Sequence record: SRR33789315_113
Reading direction: 5' to 3' (one strand)
Length of the DNA: 40,394 nt
In this document: positions 36,504 through 40,394 of the stretch, piece by piece
How the letters are laid out: every line of letters begins with the position of its first letter
Numbering within the stretch: position 1 is the first letter of the stretch
Made by a program: the position numbers and the translations under genes
The notes under the pieces: model-generated
What the model was told of the DNA's origin: nothing
Database searches by the model: none
The model's input: the letters and a program-made list of their open reading frames with translations, nothing else

Positions 36504-39230
36504 ATGTCAAAACGTCTCATCATTGTTGATGTCTCAAATTTTATTTTTCGCGCTTTTTTCGCCGTTCGTGGAATGAATGCACCAGATGGAACGCCAACCA
36601 ATGCAGTTCATGGTGTTTTGATGATGATGAAAAAATTATTAGCGGATTATCAGCCAACACATTTATTGTTGGCCAGAGATACAGCTGGTGGAAGCTTTAG
36701 AAATGAAATGTACGACGAATACAAAGCGAATCGTACTGAACCACCTGATGAATTAAAGCCACAATTTGGTCTTATCGATCAGGCTCTTGAAAAACTAAGA
36801 ATGCCGTCTATCTCCAATGATCGATATGAAGCCGATGATATTATCGGAAGTGCAGCTGTTCAGTGGAAAGATTATTTTGATGAAATTCTTATTGCTTCTG
36901 GTGATAAAGACCTTATGCAATTTGTTGGTGGCAATATCAAAATGCTAGATACCATGAAAAATAAAATTTACGAGCCAAATGATGTATTTGAAAAAATGGG
37001 TGTTAGACCTGATCAAATTGTCGACTACCTATCAATGGTAGGTGACGCCTCAGATAATATACCTGGTATGCGTGGAATTGGAGCAAAGGGTGCGGCCAAG
37101 CTTTTAGCGGAGCATGAAACACTTGATGGTTGTATTGCTGCTAAGGATTCATTTAAAGGCAAGAAGCTTGTCGAAGCTTTTAGTGATCATCTTGAAGCAG
37201 GATTATTGTCGAAAAAGCTCATTGAAATCGTCACCGATATGGAGCTTCCAGTAAAAGCTGAAGATACCGCTTATCATTTTAGCCCAAATGATGACTTTAT
37301 TGATTTCATGAAAAAACTCGCACTCAAACAAGTCATGAATCAATTTTTAGATTTAAGACAAATTGAAGAGCGAACTGCCTATGCTCAAACCAAAAAAATA
37401 AATTCAGATGACTCTCAAGAGCCAATGCTTGTTAATCTTTCGAGTGAAACACACGCAGCACAGATTGATCTTGAAATCGTAACTGAAGAAAGCTTTGATC
37501 AATTTTTAAATGATAGTAAGTCATGGAGTGCAGTAGGCTCATATTCTGTTTACGATTCGGAAGATCCACTGGCACGAAAACTTGCTGGAATTGCTCTGAG
37601 TGGTGATGGTAAGAAAAGTTATTGGCTACCATTTGTTGGTGAAGATGCCTTAAGCGCAAAATGCTTTAAAGCCTTACTTTCTCAGTTTTGGAAAAACGAT
37701 AAAGTAGAATGGTTAAGCGATCATATTAAAACGGATCATTCTTTTGCTTTTAAAGAAGGAATACCCTTAACAGCTCCAACATTTGATATATCACAAGCTC
37801 ACTATAATTTAAGTGCTGACCGATCACACTCAGTTGATTCGATGGCAAAAGAATATTTAAGTTTATCACTAGTTCCTTTTAGCTTAAAAAAAGAAGCACC
37901 TCTTCTTGCTGATATTGATTTCAGCTCTAAAGCGTTTGGTGAGCGTGCAGCTGCTATTCATGAAATTGCAGGTCTTTTAAAACAAGACTTAAAGAAAAAA
38001 GAATTGGAAAAAGTTTATTACGAAATGGATGATAAGTTGTTTTCCATTTTGGCGAAAATGGAAAACCAAGGCATCTCTATCGATGCTGACTACTTCAAGA
38101 CTTTTGAAGTAGAGCTTGAGTCAACCTTGGCCGACTTACAAAAACAAGCGTGGGATAGTGTTGGTAAAGAATTTAACTTAAATTCACCTAAACAATTAGG
38201 AGAAATTCTTTATACAGATCTTGAACTTCCAATTCTTAAAAAGAATAAGACAGGACCTTCAACTGATGCAGAAGTACTAGAAGAATTAGCTTCTAGAAAC
38301 CTTCATCCACTTCCTGATCTCTTATTGCAGTATAGAGAAATCGGAAAACTTTTTTCAACATACGTTAAAGCTATCCCGTTACTCGCCAATCCTAAGAGTC
38401 ATAAAATCCACACACACTTCAATCAAAATGTCGCTGCTACAGGAAGATTGTCTTCAACAGATCCGAATCTTCAAAATATTCCGGTTAGATCTGATCTTGG
38501 TAAAAAAGTTAGACGTGGTTTTATCGCTAGTCCTGGAAATGTTCTCGTTGGTGCTGACTACTCTCAAGTTGAACTAAGACTTCTTGCTCATTTTTCTCAA
38601 GATAAAACAATGATTCATGCCTTTAAAAATGATCAAGACATCCATGCTCAAACAGCTTCAGAGGTTATGGGGATTCCATTAAAAGATGTAACTTCTAGTG
38701 ATCGCTCCAATGCCAAAGCTGTGAACTTCGGTTTGATGTATGGCCAGTCTTCATTTGGACTAGCTAAAGCTTTACGAATTTCTAGATCTGAAGCCAAAGA
38801 TTATATAACGAAGTATTTCGAGAAATTTTCACAAATTAAAAGTTATCTCGATGGATTAAAAGAAGAAGCTGAAAAAACTGGCTATGCCATAACTCTTCAC
38901 GGCAGAAGAAGATATCTTCCAGATATCAATTCAAGTAATAGAACGATAAAAGCGAATGCTGAGCGTATGGCGATCAATAGTCCAATTCAAGGAACGGCTG
39001 CCGATATTTTAAAGCTTGCCATGATTGAGATTGAAAAACGCTTAGAGAACTCTAAGTTGGATGCGTTAATGCTTCTCCAGGTTCATGATGAACTAATTTT
39101 TGATGTTCCTAAAAATCAAGCCGACGAGCTTGCAGCACTCATCAAAGACTGTATGGAAAACGTAGTAGAGCTTTCAATCCCACTCAAGGTTGATGTTGGA
39201 ATTGCAAAGAATTGGTTCGAGTTAAAGTAG
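36504..39230 (+). CDS. polA: DNA polymerase I
   Basis: 5'-3' exonuclease motifs (YKANR, EADDII, SGDKD, GDASDNIPG) and polymerase motifs (TGRLSSTDPNLQNIP, DYSQVELR, KAVNFGLMYG, QVHDEL). Confidence 0.98.
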   Translation: MSKRLIIVDVSNFIFRAFFAVRGMNAPDGTPTNAVHGVLMMMKKLLADYQPTHLLLARDTAGGSFRNEMYDEYKANRTEPPDELKPQFGLIDQALEKLRMPSISNDRYEADDIIGSAAVQWKDYFDEILIASGDKDLMQFVGGNIKMLDTMKNKIYEPNDVFEKMGVRPDQIVDYLSMVGDASDNIPGMRGIGAKGAAKLLAEHETLDGCIAAKDSFKGKKLVEAFSDHLEAGLLSKKLIEIVTDMELPVKAEDTAYHFSPNDDFIDFMKKLALKQVMNQFLDLRQIEERTAYAQTKKINSDDSQEPMLVNLSSETHAAQIDLEIVTEESFDQFLNDSKSWSAVGSYSVYDSEDPLARKLAGIALSGDGKKSYWLPFVGEDALSAKCFKALLSQFWKNDKVEWLSDHIKTDHSFAFKEGIPLTAPTFDISQAHYNLSADRSHSVDSMAKEYLSLSLVPFSLKKEAPLLADIDFSSKAFGERAAAIHEIAGLLKQDLKKKELEKVYYEMDDKLFSILAKMENQGISIDADYFKTFEVELESTLADLQKQAWDSVGKEFNLNSPKQLGEILYTDLELPILKKNKTGPSTDAEVLEELASRNLHPLPDLLLQYREIGKLFSTYVKAIPLLANPKSHKIHTHFNQNVAATGRLSSTDPNLQNIPVRSDLGKKVRRGFIASPGNVLVGADYSQVELRLLAHFSQDKTMIHAFKNDQDIHAQTASEVMGIPLKDVTSSDRSNAKAVNFGLMYGQSSFGLAKALRISRSEAKDYITKYFEKFSQIKSYLDGLKEEAEKTGYAITLHGRRRYLPDINSSNRTIKANAERMAINSPIQGTAADILKLAMIEIEKRLENSKLDALMLLQVHDELIFDVPKNQADELAALIKDCMENVVELSIPLKVDVGIAKNWFELK

Positions 39231-40136
39231 AGGCTTTTTCCAAAAGACTAATGAAGCGGCTCCGGTGACGGCGCCGTGTTCTGTCGAGATTGGAGAAAGT
39301 AAGACTTTAGAACTATTTTTAAAAGGTCCGTAAGAAGATTCATTTAAACCGGCTTCTACCATCGCTCTAAAGTTTGCCCCAAGAGTAGAAACTCCACCTG
39401 CTAATATAAAAAGATCTGGATTAAAGAGAGTTTGCATTTGCGCTAAACCCATTCCTAGATCGTGAGCAGCAAGTTGAACCGCTCTTAAAATTCCTGGATT
39501 TCCTTTTTTGAATTCAGTAGAAATCTCTGAAAACTTCAAATCTTTATTTGTTTGTTCTTGTACATGAAGCTTAAGTCCACGAACAGAAGCGTAACACTCA
39601 AGGTGACCAAAGCCACCGCAGTTGCACGGTCTTCCACCTGGATAGATCGTAATATGCCCGCCTTCGCCGGCCATACCTGTTGGACCAGATATCAATTGAC
39701 CATGAGAGATGATTCCTGTGCCGATTCCTGTTCCAAGAGTAACAACGATAAAGTGATCACTCTCTTTTCCAAGGCCCCAGACTTTTTCACCTAGTGCTGC
39801 CACGTTGGCATCATTTTCTAAAAAAATATCTGTCTTAAATCTTTCTTTGAAGTCTTTAACAAGTGGTGCGAGTTTCCAGCCAAGATTTACTGGCTGGACA
39901 ATTTCACCTGTAGCCGAGTTGGCATTAGGTGCACCAACTCCTACGCCGTACAGCTGGTAGCCAGCACTTAGTTTCATCGCCTCAGTGTAAACTTCGTCAG
40001 CATATTCATTAAAAGGAATATTTGATCTAGTTGGAAAGGTTGATTGTTTTAGTGGTTGGCCTTGATCATTGACGACCGCCATCTTGGTATTTGTGCCACC
40101 AATATCAATGCCTAGAGCAACTCTTAGATCACTCAT
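39222..40136 (-). CDS. ROK-family sugar kinase (glucokinase-like)
   Basis: GIDIGGT, ENDANVAALGE, TLGTGIG and GEGGH..CNCGGFGHLE. No HTH. Start ATG 40136 overlaps the upstream TGA. Confidence 0.92.
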   Translation of the reverse strand: MSDLRVALGIDIGGTNTKMAVVNDQGQPLKQSTFPTRSNIPFNEYADEVYTEAMKLSAGYQLYGVGVGAPNANSATGEIVQPVNLGWKLAPLVKDFKERFKTDIFLENDANVAALGEKVWGLGKESDHFIVVTLGTGIGTGIISHGQLISGPTGMAGEGGHITIYPGGRPCNCGGFGHLECYASVRGLKLHVQEQTNKDLKFSEISTEFKKGNPGILRAVQLAAHDLGMGLAQMQTLFNPDLFILAGGVSTLGANFRAMVEAGLNESSYGPFKNSSKVLLSPISTEHGAVTGAASLVFWKKPLL

Positions 40137-40394
40137 GCTCCAATACCAAGAGGAGAGAACACAACCCATGTAATTAAGATAATAACGATTAGAAGCAGTG
40201 ATAATCCTATCTCACTCATGTTTCTTGGAACTTTTGGAGTATCTGCATTGAAGCAAACTTTTTCAATCTTTGCGGCATCTGGAGCTGCGGTCATAAGACT
40301 TACAGCGATTAAGACTGCACTACAGATAACAAATAAGAAGAAGGCAAAATTTAAAAAATTCATGGTTGCAACATTGTAGAAGAATCCAGAAAGA
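40133..40394 (-). CDS. 3' end of a probable sodium:solute symporter (SSS/SLC5), truncated by the window edge
   Basis: The frame of the listed 76 aa ORF stays open to the window end (LSGFFYNVAT-MNFL..). NFLNFAFFLFVICSAVLIAVSLMTAAP followed by a loop and a final TM resembles SGLT-type C-termini. Confidence 0.65.
   Translation of the reverse strand, partial: LSGFFYNVATMNFLNFAFFLFVICSAVLIAVSLMTAAPDAAKIEKVCFNADTPKVPRNMSEIGLSLLLIVIILITWVVFSPLGIGA

Noticed and set aside
37440-38000. PolA 3'-5' exonuclease domain lacking the DxE ExoI motif
   Set aside because: Proofreading-deficient Pol I is common in bacteria and is not novel.
312-39794. Many short ORFs in the track lying antisense or out of frame within long genes (e.g. 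312-659, 1256-1507, 13031-13297, 31387-31770, 39552-39794)
   Set aside because: They are nested in well-supported CDSs and have no recognisable motifs; consistent with shadow ORFs.

Overview
AT-rich bacterial chromosome segment, most likely from a predatory Bdellovibrionota (Bacteriovoracia-like). This assignment is inferred from the gliding-type Agl-Glt locus and the many secreted orphan proteins. Layout: (1) 1-5441, a more AT-rich accessory cassette encoding a LuxI/FeeM-like GNAT acyltransferase, a divergent argininosuccinate-synthase-like ATP-dependent ligase, a SAM methyltransferase, an alpha/beta hydrolase and two atypical regulators. It is a candidate undescribed small-molecule biosynthesis and sensing system and the best novelty candidate here. 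(2) A periplasmic redoxin, valS and hisS. (3) Three secreted orphan proteins downstream of a FadF/HdrD-like Fe-S oxidoreductase. (4) An alkaline-phosphatase-like lipoprotein with altered catalytic residues, hslO, and an addBA helicase-nuclease pair. (5) A compact gliding-type locus: beta-barrel-gltC-D-E-F-G converging on aglRQS, with an intervening membrane gene whose RBS sits in a hairpin. (6) gmhA, trxA, an RDD protein, polA, a ROK kinase and the 3' end of a probable sodium:solute symporter. No rRNA, tRNA, CRISPR array, integrase or transposase was seen. All calls come from reading motifs by eye; no database searches were run.
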